DNA of 63,714 nucleotides, filler included, from Octopus bimaculoides (Eukaryota): NCBI RefSeq assembly GCF_001194135.2. It is 4 parts of 4 records of this genome, joined end to end, with 100 filler letters (N's around TTAATTAATTAA, not from the genome) between each part and the next. Parts side by side here need not be neighbours in the genome. Positions count along the whole stretch, not along the records: positions 1 to 27,531 come from NC_069007.1; positions 27,632 to 56,100 come from NC_069001.1; 2 more parts are not named here. One strand, 5' to 3'. Shown piece by piece: positions 23,546 to 35,849 of this stretch (position 1 is its first letter; each line of letters starts with the position of its first letter). The notes under the pieces were generated by a model. It saw only the letters and a program-made list of their open reading frames with translations, ran no database searches and was not told where the DNA came from. The position numbers and the translations under genes were made by a program.

Positions 23546-24080
23546 TCCCACAAATATACAGTCTGACCCAGAAATCTTCCCACAAATATACAATCTGATC
23601 CAGAAATCTTCCCACATATATACAGTCTGGTCCAGAAATCTTCCCACAAATATACAGTCTGGTCCAGAAATCTTCCCACAAATATACAGTCTGATCCAGA
23701 AATCTTCCCACAAATATACAGTCTGATCCAGAAATCTTCCCACAAATNNNNNNNNNNCCAGAAATCTTCCCACAAATATACAGTCTGATCCAGAAATCTT
23801 CCCACAAATATACAGTCTGATCCAGAAATCTTCCCACAAATACACAGTCTGGCCCAGAAATCTTCCCACAAATGTACAGTCTGATCCAGAAATCTTCCCA
23901 CAAATACAGTCTGATCAAGAAATCTTCCCACAAATATACAGCCTGGTCCAGAAATCTTCCCACAAATATACAATCTGATCCAGAAATCTTCCCAGAAATA
24001 TGCAGTCTGATCCAGAAATCTTCCCAGAAATATACAGCCTGATCCAGAAATCTTCCCACATATATACAATCTGACCCAGA
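23546..24080. repeat. 32-bp minisatellite (gatccagaaatcttcccacaaatatacagtct), about 16 copies
   Basis: Direct tandem copies, with a short N gap inside. Confidence 0.95.
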
Positions 24081-24590
24081 CAATATCCCTTCTATTACCC
24101 TCAAACATTATACCCCAATGCTACCCATTGACATTACTGAATTTCCAAATTGTTCTCTCTCAACAGGAATCAATCCTGATTTCTGGGAATGCCATTTCTT
24201 TAGCCTTTAACAATTATGGACCTATTACCCACAATTACATCAACTCAAACGATGTGGAGACAATCGTTAACACATCATCTTCTCCAACATCTTAAATCCT
24301 ACTCCCTCTTCAAGGGTTACCACTATGACATCCAGCGTAAGGTTCAGCCGTATCTCGTCTCCTCCGAAGATTTCAGACCCACCAATCTCACCTATTTTGG
24401 ATCTCACCCTCACAGTTCCCCTGTTGACCCCATACACTCGAATCCTTTATCTTAAACAGACACAAACAGAACCTAAGTTATATGCAGCTGACCAGTTTCG
24501 GTGAGGCGACGAGATTAGTTGGCGTTGCCTAATCACGTGACCATAAAATAGAAAAGAAATGTAGTTGATGTTGAGGAAGAATCGTCTTAC

Positions 24591-24712
24591 CAGAATCGTA
24601 CTTCCTGAGGAATCTGTACTGTTGCTGATTTCCAAAACTTGTTCTTGTATTTGGTCATCCTTGGGAATACTGTTATTAAACAATTGGCTGAGTTCACCAG
24701 TAACAGGTTTCG
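24591..24712 (-). CDS. Repeat-domain gene, exon a2: (T)KPVTGELSQLFNNSIPKDDQIQEQVLEISNSTDSSGSTIL
   Basis: gattgtag acceptor, CTG|gtaaga donor, 122 nt. Confidence 0.88.
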
Positions 24713-25086
24713 CTACAATCGGAATACATCATTTATAACGAAGGCGTAAAATGTTATAAATACACACACACATATACGCATACACACACACACACACACA
24801 CACACATACAAACACACAGAGACATTCCAAGTACTGTCACCAAGAACATTTTTTGTTTTTTTTGTTTTGCATAACCAAAGCTCTGCTGACATAGGTTGTG
24901 AACTTGTGGACCTCTGGATTAACGTGTTCCCGTAACAATACCGAAGGAGGTGATGTTTAGGGGCTAAAAACTTGTAAGTACTTACTGCTGTAACATGCAG
25001 AATCAAGTTGCTTTGCAGTACATGAGCTGTTGACCTGTTTCACGACGCAAGCCGCTTCNNNNNNNNNNAAACTTGTAAGTACTTAC

Positions 25087-25170
25087 TGCTGTAACATGCA
25101 GAATCAAGTTGCTTTGCAGTACATGGGCTGTTGACCTGTTTCACGACGCAAGCCGCTTCCATTTTGGGTG
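25087..25170 (-). CDS. Repeat-domain gene, exon c1: APKMEAACVVKQVNSPCTAKQLDSACYS
   Basis: tctctcacag acceptor, A|gtaagt donor, 84 nt. Confidence 0.88.
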
Positions 25171-25250
25171 CTGTGAGAGAAAAAGACACCGGTTAAAAGA
25201 GGAATAGATAGAACTTCCATTGGCTGGTAGTGAGAACATCTAACCATGGT

Positions 25251-25289
<39 letters not shown>

Positions 25290-26047
25290 GTATGTATATA
25301 TTACTGTGTGTGTGTACATGTGCGTGTGTTCTGTAGAGTAGTGGTGGTGGTTGTCGTTTGGGCTGTTAGTGGCAGTGTTAGTCGTGGTGATAGGAGCGCT
25401 GGTTGTAGTAGTGGTACTGCTAGTTTTTTGGTGGGTGGGATGTAGTAGTGTTGAGGTTTTAGTAAAAGTAGCTTTGGTCGTGTGGGTTGAACTTCACAAC
25501 CAAACTTTGAAAACGAGATTGGTGAATAAATCCAGAGGGAAGGGCTCCACTAGATGGAACAACAACAATTACATCATCGAAAGATGTTTTAGTCATTTAA
25601 AAAAACATACAAAATTGTTTAATTCAATTTCCATTAATCTTAAGAGGTGTTAATACGTCTATTGTCCAAGTGTGACAAATGTTGTCCGCTCTAACTGATT
25701 GGAATCTATTTAGTGGTCTGTTCCTGTAGGCCCGGCTCGCTTTATTTTCTAGTTGAACATGCAGACATTTGGCTTTGTTGTATTCATGTTGAGTGACTTT
25801 AACCCCTTAGCATTCAGATTGTTCTGTCAAATATCACATTTATTTATTCATATCGCTTCGAATTAATCCTGCAATATCCCAAAGCTTTGAGATTTCGATA
25901 ATGTAATTGTATATTTTTAGAATGACATTGTAGGGTAGGTGTAAGAGACCAGATCTGCATATGGCCAGTTTAAATGCTAAAGGGTTCTGATTATTCCATA
26001 ATCCACTGTCCCGACTTTAAAGGTATAATGATATAATGGTTATAGCT

Positions 26048-26428
26048 GTTGGCACTCCGTCGCTTACGACGACGAGGGTTCCAGTTGATCCGATCAACGG
26101 AACAGCCTGCTCGTGAAATTAACGTGCAAGTGGCTGAGCACTCCACAGACACATGTACCCTTAACGTAGTTCTCGGGGATATTCAGTGTGACACAGTGTG
26201 ACAAGGCTGACCCTTTGAATTACAGGCACAACAGAAACAGGAAGTAAGAGTGAGAGAAAGTTGTGGTGGAAGAGTACAGCAGGGTTCGCCACCATCCCCT
26301 GCCGGAGCCTCGTGGTGCTTTAGGTGTTTTCGCTCAATAAACACTCACAGCGCCCGGTCTGGGAATCGAAACCGCGATCCTATGACCGCGAGTCCGCTGC
26401 CCTAACCACTGGGCCATTGCGCCCCCAC
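26048..26428 (-). mobile_element. Full-length tRNA-derived SINE
   Basis: Same family as 22810-23188. Confidence 0.85.
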
Positions 26429-26471
26429 AATGGTTATAGAACAATGTTTAAAAGAAAACGAATTAGCTTAC

Positions 26472-26706
26472 CTGTTGGGTTGATGCTGATGTCATAGGAA
26501 GGATTGCTACAAGCTGAGGAACTGAGATCGAATCGTTTCTGGGAAAGGACATTGAGGACCAGCTTACGAAGGTTCGATACTTGATCAACAAATAATTTCC
26601 CTGGCTGATCGTCAGTTGCCGAAGTCTTGTAGTCGTAGTTGGCTTCATTAGGATAACTGTTTTGAAATGAAGCGTACACAGTGACCACACCACATTGGAC
26701 CTTCAC
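26472..26706 (-). CDS. Repeat-domain gene, exon b1: VKVQCGVVTVYASFQNSYPNEANYDYKTSATDDQPG...CSNPSYDISINPT
   Basis: ttctccag acceptor, G|gtaagc donor, 235 nt. Confidence 0.9.
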
Positions 26707-27144
26707 CTGGAGAAAATAACAGATATAATATACAGGGTGACCGCATCAAACTGGACACTGACCTGGAGATAACAAAAACGGTGTAACATGTACGGTGTCC
26801 CTGATTTGATCTGACTGATTCCTTTAGCGATGGTGTCCAAACTTTGTTCCATAAACCCACTGTCTCCTCCTATTATCTATTCTACCGTTACTACAACATT
26901 GTCTTCTCAGAACTAGCTATTTCCAGTCCTTTCTCCCCGCCAATGTGAACCCACTCTTCAGAATTCCCTCCATTGCCCACATTTATCTTGTAGTCATAAA
27001 TGTCCCAAAATCAATATTAAGAATGTGACCAACGAGTCCTGGAAGGACCAAGAGGTTTATGGGTACTGTCCCTTCTTTCCCAATCATCCACAAAAACAGA
27101 AAAACACAATTCAGTATATATTGTTCTTAGAATATTCGTCTTAC

Positions 27145-27269
27145 CAGAACTGTTGTACCCAAGGTGGACTTAGTCGTGTTGGTGATCTGCAGGACTTGTT
27201 GTTTTGTCTCGTTAGTTTTTGGAATGGCGATATTGAGTAGCGGAGTTTCTTTTTGAACAACGGTCGGAG
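27145..27269 (-). CDS. Repeat-domain gene, exon a1: PTVVQKETPLLNIAIPKTNETKQQVLQITNTTKSTLGTTVL
   Basis: tatttccag acceptor, CTG|gtaaga donor, 125 nt; needs an upstream exon ending in phase 1. Confidence 0.88.
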
Positions 27270-27489
27270 CTGGAAATAGACAGTGACGTTTAGGAAGGCA
27301 CAGCATAGCAATTAAACAAAATAAAATATAATATAAATGTAAGTGCCCCATAGAGGAAATGGCAAAGGACAGGGGTGCCTGGGGATACAAGTTTATGAAA
27401 ACCTGCTCATCATGATAGAACTGGCTTTTAGAAGCCCTGCGAGGGGATGTATTGCATGTATATGCATGCATAGGGGCAAAACTGTACAC

Positions 27490-27531
<42 letters not shown>

Positions 27532-29675
27532 NNNNNNNNNNNNNNNNNNNNNNNNNNNNNNNNNNNNNNNNNNNNTTAATTAATTAANNNNNNNNNNNNN
27601 NNNNNNNNNNNNNNNNNNNNNNNNNNNNNNNTATATATATATATATATATATATCGATGTGTGTATATATATATATAAAACTATCTCTCGCCTACCCATT
27701 GAGATACATATAAATTTATTGTTGTTTCTGTAAGAACAGACATAAACTTCCTGTTGACAAAGAGTCCAGAACTCCAACTAAAGAGTATAAAACCCACAGA
27801 ATTGTCTTCCCTTACACACACTTCCTGTTTTGACACCACACATCCTGTTTAACACAAACTCTCAGCTTTTTTAAACACAACACCATTCTTTAATTCCATG
27901 CATCCTAATCTATCTAACAATTATCTACATGGATTACCATTGAACTTTAATAACTCAAAAATAATATAATGTATTGGTATATTTATTTTTTTATATATTT
28001 TTTATATTTTTGTAAAAGACATTATTTTAATTCTCCCTCTTCTTGAAAATTTGCCATGCAATGTAAGCCGGTTAGAAATCCTTTTTAATACTCCTTATGC
28101 ACATCTATATTAAAATATACTTTCAGTTTAGCATTCTGCCTTATTATTATTATTATTTTTTATTTTCCTATGATATATATATATATATATTACTCTTTTA
28201 CTTTGTTATTTGTTTCAGTAATTTGAGTGTGGCCATGCTGGAGTACCTTTTAGTTGAAGAAATCGACCCCTGGACTTATACTTTTTAAGCCTGGTGCATA
28301 TTCTATCGATATCTTTTGCTAAACCGCTAAGTCACAGGGATATAAACACACATAAATACAGGTACAACTGAAACAGAAAACAAGTGTGAGAGAAAGTTAT
28401 GGTGAAAGAGTACAGCTGGGTTCACCACCAGCCCCTGCCAGAGCCTTGTGGCGCTTTAGGTGTTTTTACTCAGTAAACACTCAAAATGCCTAGTCTGGGT
28501 TTCGAAACCGCAATCCCACAACTACTAGTCTGCTGCCCTAACCACGGCGACACACACACACATATATATATATATGTGTGTATATGTACATATATATATA
28601 AATATGCATATATATAGATACATATATACATATGTATATATATATACACACATATATACATACATACATACACACACACACATATATATAGACATAATAT
28701 ATATATAGNNNNNNNNNNNNNNNNNNNNNNNNNNNNNNNNNNNNNNNNNNNNNNNNNNNNNNNNNNNNNNNNNNNNNNNNNNNNNNNNNNNNNNNNNNNN
28801 NNNNNNNNNNNNNNNNNNNNNNNNNNNNNNNNNNNNNNNNNNNNNNNNNNNNNNNNNNNNNNNNNNNNNNNNNNNNNNNNNNNNNNNNNNNNNNNNNNNN
28901 NNNNNNNNNNNNNNNNNNNNNNNNNNNNNNNNNNNNNNNNNNNNNNNNNNNNNNNNNNNNNNNNNNNNNNNNNNNNNNNNNNNNNNNNNNNNNNNNNNNN
29001 NNNNNNNNNNNNNNNNNNNNNNNNNNNNNNNNNNNNNNNNNNNNNNNNNNNNNNNNNNNNNNNNNNNNNNNNNNNNNNNNNNNNNNNNNNNNNNNNNNNN
29101 NNNNNNNNNNNNNNNNNNNNNNNNNNNNNNNNNNNNNNNNNNNNNNNNNNNNNNNNNNNNNNNNNNNNNNNNNNNNNNNNNNNNNNNNNNNNNNNNNNNN
29201 NNNNNNNNNNNNNNNNNNNNNNNNNNNNNNNNNNNNNNNNNNNNNNNNNNNNNNNNNNNNNNNNNNNNNNNNNNNNNNNNNNNNNNNNNNNNNNNNNNNN
29301 NNNNNNNNNNNNNNNNNNNNNNNNNNNNNNNNNNNNNNNNNNNNNNNNNNNNNNNNNNNNNNNNNNNNNNNNNNNNNNNNNNNNNNNNNNNNNNNNNNNN
29401 NNNNNNNNNNNNNNNNNNNNNNNNNNNNNNNNNNNNNNNNNNNNNNNNNNNNNNNNNNNNNNNNNNNNNNNNNNNNNNNNNNNNNNNNNNNNNNNNNNNN
29501 NNNNNNNNNNNNNNNNNNNNNNNNNNNNNNNNNNNNNNNNNNNNNNNNNNNNNNNNNNNNNNNNNNNNNNNNNNNNNNNNNNNNNNNNNNNNNNNNNNNN
29601 NNNNNNNNNNNNNNNNNNNNNNNNNNNNNNNNNNNNNNNNNNNNNNNNNNNNNNNNNNNNNNNNNNNNNNNNNNT

Positions 29676-29945
29676 CACATTGTCATTACACATCCAACGG
29701 AGCATACTGGCTTCATTCCTTGCGAGCTTACGTATGTCTTCAGCAGTTACAGCCCATGTTTCACTGCCATGTAGCATGGCTGTTCGTACGCATGCGTCAT
29801 ACAGTCTGCCTTTTACTCTGAGTGAGAGTCCCTTTGTCGCCAGCAGGGGTAAGAGCTCTCTAAACTTTGCCCAGGCTATTCTTATTCTAGCAGCTACACT
29901 TTCAGCGCACCCACCCCCACTACTAACTTGGTCGCCCAGATAGCG
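29676..29945 (-). mobile_element. RTE-type LINE fragment (region C-terminal to the RT domain)
   Basis: YLGD...ARIRIAWAKFRELLPLL...KGRLYDACVRTAMLHGSETW. Confidence 0.9.
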
Positions 29946-32900
29946 GAAGCTATCGATATATATATATATGTATATACACACAAATATATATCAAATGGCT
30001 AGCAGAAAACCACACTCCAGGTGTTTTTCTGCTAGCCATTTGATAATATTTTCACATTTGATTCCCAATTCTAATAATTTTTATATTTTATGTCTAATTA
30101 TTTCTTTGTATAATAGTGCTCATTTCCTTAATAAATATTGCCGTCATTATTTTATCACAGTCATAATCTCTCTCTTTTAAACAAACACCATAGTAGTCCA
30201 ACAACAGAAGGAAAGCAATTTGTCAAATTTTACCTTCCCCTCAAAGCAACATAAAGATTACAACTCAGCAGCCCATATGTAAGCTTTGCAATGTGTGTGT
30301 GAGAGAGAGAGTGGTGGGGAGAGAACCTTGCAAATAATGAATGAAATAAACATGAAATAAAAAAATTGTATAAATAAAAAGGCAGATGTATACGCCTCCA
30401 ACTTTGTTCCCTCATAACACCCAGAAAGATGGATACTTTTTCACAAAATTTTCTACAAATACTGCTTAGATGTTTTGACTTCACAGTATATAGGGACTTA
30501 TAAGAAAGAATTTTTCCAATGGGGTGGAAGGAGGAGTTTTAGAAAATTCCCATGATCTGACTTTTTTCCCCTCATAACATTCAGGAAGATGGATATCTTT
30601 TAATGAAAATTTATACAAATTTTTTGGTAGACGGAAACTGAAAGAAGCCTGTCATATATATATAATGTTTGTGTGTCTGTGCTCCAGCATGGCCGCAGTC
30701 AAATGACTTAAACAAGTAAAAGAGTAAATCCCTTTCAATGGCATAGATTATGATTATAAAGAAATTTGTAGGAAATTTTTTTCAGGGATTTTCCCCATTT
30801 TTTAAAACCACAGCCTTTGAAATGATGGTGTTGGTGTTGGGAAGGGGGGCATCTGTGTATGAAAAATGTTTTGAAAACTCTTTTATTTTACACCCCCTCC
30901 CTCATCATCCCACCCCAGACCTCTTCTAGCCAATTTTTTTTTTTGCTCTTCAAAATCATGGGAAGAGCACTTCTGGTAAAAAATGAAAAAAAATTGTTGA
31001 TGCATTCGGATGGAAAAGTGAGTGATTTAAGGGCGATTTGGCTGTTGTTTCTAGCACATCCAAAGCCAACCCTCCTCGTTTCTTTATCACTCTCACATGT
31101 ATTGATGCTTTTCAATATTTCTCCCCCATAAATACATTTATATGCTATAAAAAAGAGAATTTGAGAAATTAAAAATTCCGAAAGCACTTAGTGCTCAAAT
31201 GATTTGAACTTACGTTTTGAAACCTTTATCGAGGACTAAGTCCACCATGTAAAGAGTGGCTATAAGATGAATCCAGGTGAGCAGATATGGAAATAATATG
31301 TAGCCCAGATGGTTTATTTGCATAATTCTGTGTGTGTGTGTGTATAGCTCTGTGATCACTGGAACATCTGATGCATGATGCACTTTGCACCTGTACACTT
31401 GATACACTTTGTACATGTACACTTGATACACTTTGCACATGTACACTTAATACACTTTGCATATGTACACTTGATACACTTTGCACACCTGATACACTTT
31501 GCACCAGGCAACGTTGATTGATGAAGGAAGTGAACTAATGTACTCCCCAAATATTTGATCATCAGAAGCAAATTATTTGTGCAGGTTGTCCAACAAGAAA
31601 CTTCTCACACACTTGCAGTGTTCACACCCTAATCCTGCACTTACTTGTATACTCCTGAGAGTATTGGCCAGTTGCAGTCTTCTCCATACTCATGTATTTC
31701 TTGCAGGTGTTGATCTGCAACAGTTTAAGCATCACCTGCATCAGTGTCACCATCCTCAAGGAGCCTGCAATAATCACGGCAACTGTTTTTTCTTCCAGTC
31801 TTAGCAAGTAAAAACCAAAAGACAAAACAAAAAATGAATTAGATGTATTTTTGCCAAAGTCAATCCAAAGATATTAGTTTTATTGGAAAATGGCACAGAA
31901 GGACCAATTATTATCATAAAACATATCTAACAACTAAAATAGAATTTAATAGACAATTGGTTTATCTTTAATACTCTTTGATTGTTTCATACTTAAATCC
32001 TTCATATTCTGACTTGATATTTTAAATCCTGTTGATTTATTTTGCTCTTTTTTAATTGAAAATCATAATAATGATAATAATCGTGAATAGGAGAGATTCT
32101 AGACTCACTAAATATTGGAGTAAATGCCTTTATTTTTCTGCATACTCTCTAGCATCGAGTTGAAATTCTGCCAATAATATTTTTGTTTTTTTATTCATCT
32201 ACAGCCAAGAAAATAAACACCACTCATACTGTTATTGGTTATAATATATCTAGTATATTTCTCTCATAAAAAACTGAAGTTTTATGTCTATGTAAAAAAA
32301 TATATTATTATTCTGTTTTAGCTAAAAGCAACTTATTTATTCACTGTATGCGGAGAAGATAACAGAATAAGTAAATTGAAAACATGTACTGCAAGAGTCA
32401 GCTTCTCATTTCCTGCCACAGATAAAAATCAGTAGGAGTTTAGTGTGTGTTAGTGTGTGTGTGTGTTATTCTTGAAATATGGGAGGTTATAAACAGCAGT
32501 GACTTAGAAAGATACAATACTTCTGGGGGAGAGCTTAAAAATAAATAAGAACAAGAATTAAATTTTATACCTCAAAACATTCAGTAATCCAATATTTTGA
32601 GTAAAATTACCCTTTTCAAAGAGTGAAAAGAAGAGAACACATTGTTACAGATTCAAGGGTACACAAAAATGTTTCTGACGTATAAAGGGAAAAGAGTTTA
32701 TAAACTGCTGCTGCATGGCACACATCTCACACACACTCTGACACACACACACACACACATGTCTGTGCATACACACATGTCTGTGCACACACACAGGTAT
32801 ATTGTTACAAACAATGAATCCGACATTATTATTGATAAAGTATAATGAAGTTCAGAATTTGAATTTTGGGTTCTTTATTCATGTTTGTATGATTTTTTAA

Positions 32901-33350
32901 CCATAGGATGATATATACATGTTTGTATGTGTGTGGGCATCTTTATGTGGATGTGTGTGTGTGTGTGTGAACACATATGTTTTTAAACCCTCACACGTGT
33001 GCACCCACACACACACACACACACACATATATATGGATTAATATATTGGTGTAGGTACATATTAAAATAATGTTATTATTTTAAAGCATATTAAGAAAAA
33101 CTACTTCAGCCTTAATTGATAGTCTGAATCTATGCTGAATGCGGAGGCAATTTATTGTGAAGACCAAGTCAACTGGGCCCTCAAGTTTTCAGCTTTTGGT
33201 GTGTTCAAACAGGGAAAGAAGTTTTAACTGCTCTTCTTTTTATATACAGAGGACAGATTCAACAAAAGATTGGGTTGTATAGAAATTTCAGTGGAAAGAA
33301 TATTTATTTTGCTAGTGGTAAAAGGTTAAAGTTCAAGAAACAGTTCAAGT

Positions 33351-33445
33351 AGGGCAGGAGAGTGAGAGGAGGGTTAGGGCAGGAGAGTGAGAGGAGGGTT
33401 AGGGCAGGAGAGTGAGAGGAGGGTTAGGGTTAGGGCAGGAGAGTG
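33351..33445. repeat. 25-bp G-rich minisatellite containing TTAGGG
   Basis: (agggcaggagagtgagaggagggtt) x3 plus an extra agggtt and a partial copy. Confidence 0.9.
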
Positions 33446-34391
33446 AAACATCATTAGTTTTGAGAATCTTTATCGGATGTATGTGTGTGTATATGAGTGT
33501 GAATTTTTGCAATTTGTTGTCAACTGTGCTTCAGACATTCATGTCATCATCTGTACCTAAGCCACAGGCATTGACTTCAGCATCCATGGGTGAATGACAA
33601 CTGGTTATGTTTGTTTACATTGCCTGTGTACAAATCGTCTGCTACTTTGTGCTTTCAGATTTCTATGGAATTAAATATTTACTTAGTTGAAAAATAGGTA
33701 CAGATTGGTGATAGGAAGAGCTTCCAGTCATAAAAAAAATTTTGCCTTATGTCCCTATTCATCTAATCCTTGCTAACATGGTAAAGCAACCCTTAAATCA
33801 ATGACCAAACTTTTAAAGAGATCTCAAAAGGGTTTATACAAAGTGAATAGCTATATTTTGTCGAGTTGTTGTTTTAGCAGATAATCTCCACATTTGACGA
33901 TTCTAGCAGCACTTCAGAATTTCCTCTACAATTGTTACTGGAATTGGTGGAAGCAGTAATCTCTAGCTAAAATGTTTAACCCTTTAGCATTTCAACCTAC
34001 CATACCTAGCTCAAATATTCTACACGTTTTATGTACAAACTAGCCAGATTTGGCCTCTTACACCTATTCTACAATGTCATTCTAAAGACAAGCAATCACA
34101 TCATCAAAATCTCAAAACTATGAGACAAAGCAGCATGATTAATTGGAAGCAACATGAATAAATAAGTATGACATTTGACAGAGTAGTCTAAATGCTAAAG
34201 GATTAATCTGTGTATATGCATGTATACAGTGTGTATAGGTCAAATTTGACAGTTTGCATAAAAGGTAAAGCGAACACACTATCCCCATTCAAAAATAAAA
34301 GCATAAAGAAAAATCAAGAAATATTAACTGTCTTTAATTCTTCCTGATTTTTAAAAGTACTTTTATTTTATTATGGACGGGATATAACTGT

Positions 34392-34955
34392 TTACTCAAT
34401 GTAGCTGTCCTCGGCTTCCACCATGGCCTCATGATGACTCTGGAACCTGGTGCATGCCTCCCTCATTGTGTCCTTGGGACGAACTTTGAATATGTCTATG
34501 ATCTTGGTCCCCTGCTTAGCCTTGGTGTTGCAGGCAGAACGATTGTTGTCTTTCTCAACCGTGTCCCACTCATAATAATCCTTGGAATTACAATCAGGGG
34601 GAATTAGGAGGCCAGAAATTGAGTCTGGTGAAATGGTAGAAATTTTCAGACAATCACTTCTGACTCTTTCTGGAGGTACAGCAAGGAACCAAATCCTAAT
34701 GTTATACACATGGCTTGCCATCAGCAACCCACTGCAGCCAGGGTTTGACCACAGTCTCCAAGAGCTTCACATAGCCATCTAAAATGAACTTAAGTCTCTG
34801 TTCAAAGATGTGAGTTGGTATCATGTCACCTTCACTAGAGACACACCCAAATATCATTACAGCTTGAGAGAACTTGGTTTTCCTGATATCCATGTCATGT
34901 CTTATAGCCTTTGCATTGTTCATAGAGTCATGATATTGGCATTTTGATACCATGC
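34392..34955 (-). mobile_element. Tc1/mariner-superfamily transposase remnant (C-terminal half; maT/DD37D-like by recollection)
   Basis: TKFSQAVMIFGCVSSEGD...HIFEQ...Y.KLLETVVKPW, then PPDCN..DYY.W..VE...ACTRF...EAMVEAE..YIE*. Confidence 0.85.
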
Positions 34956-35849
34956 AAGAATCATTTTGATACAGGTATCTCTTTTCCAGTATTCAGATGG
35001 TATCTAGTCCTCCATGTCAGCTAAATTTTTCCTTTAATCTTTATGCTTTCCAGTGCTGTTCCCTCTTCATCAATAACCAATAAATTAAGCTGTTTCTGAA
35101 AAGGAGATGTAAATGAACATCAAAGTTAGTCCAAACACACTGTACATGCTAGTCTATGTATTTACATAAACGTATGTAAATTTAAACATAGAAGTATATG
35201 TTTTTGACAGATTTTTCTTTTACTTTTACTTGTTTCAGTCTTTTGACTGCAACCATACTGGAGCACTGCCTTGAAAGGTTTTAGTCAAACAAATTGACCC
35301 CAGGACTTAATTTTTAAGCCTAATACTTATTCTATCAGTGTCTTTTGCCCAACCACTAAATTATAGGGACATAAACACACCGAAACCGGTTGTCAAGTGG
35401 TGATGGGGGACAAACACAGACACAAAGATACTTACACACAAACACACACATACAGATATCCGACGGTCTTTCAGTTTCCATCTACCAAATCCACTTACAA
35501 GGCTTTGGTGGTATAGAACCTGGAATAATGATATATCTTCACAATCTAAGATTGCCATAATCTCAGTAACTCATAATGAATATTTATTGCTGTTGGTGTT
35601 GCACATTGAACAATCAACCATTTAATTGGAGTAATCTACTGCATCCCTCTTTAATAAGTTTTCCTTAGATAAAGACTTGCTACCAGATTTAGGTTTGGAC
35701 CTCAATATTAAATTATGTGAGTGGGACTTAAATTCTTTTGCATGGAGCAACTATGTTATCTTATTTAGAATGTATAGCATCCTAATCCTTTCTGATACAC
35801 TGTCTTCCAACCTGATATACCTCATAGCTTTAATCCTCATGCTATATAA

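Noticed and set aside
23481-24108. Long repetitive ORFs (WEDFWIRLYICGKISG...)
   Set aside because: They are translations of the 32-bp minisatellite.
27576-27587. TTAATTAATTAA islands within N runs (also 56145-56156 and 61936-61947)
   Set aside because: The same palindrome with stops in all six frames sits centred in three gaps, which indicates a scaffolding linker rather than biology.
31226-31260. LHGGLSP, resembling the PP1/PP2A motif
   Set aside because: A stop follows two codons later and no other phosphatase motifs are nearby.
31356-31571. Cys-rich ORF (AKCIKCT repeats) resembling a metallothionein
   Set aside because: It is a 24-bp tandem expansion inside a SINE; the flanks match the SINE at 48700-48880 and there are no splice signals.
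34392-34672. A 90-codon ORF with a good acceptor (ERVRSDC...AEDSYIE) that looked like an exon of the minus-strand gene or a PARP/ubiquitin-like domain
   Set aside because: It is the frameshifted continuation of the Tc1/mariner transposase at 34702-34953 (PDCN..DY..W motif).
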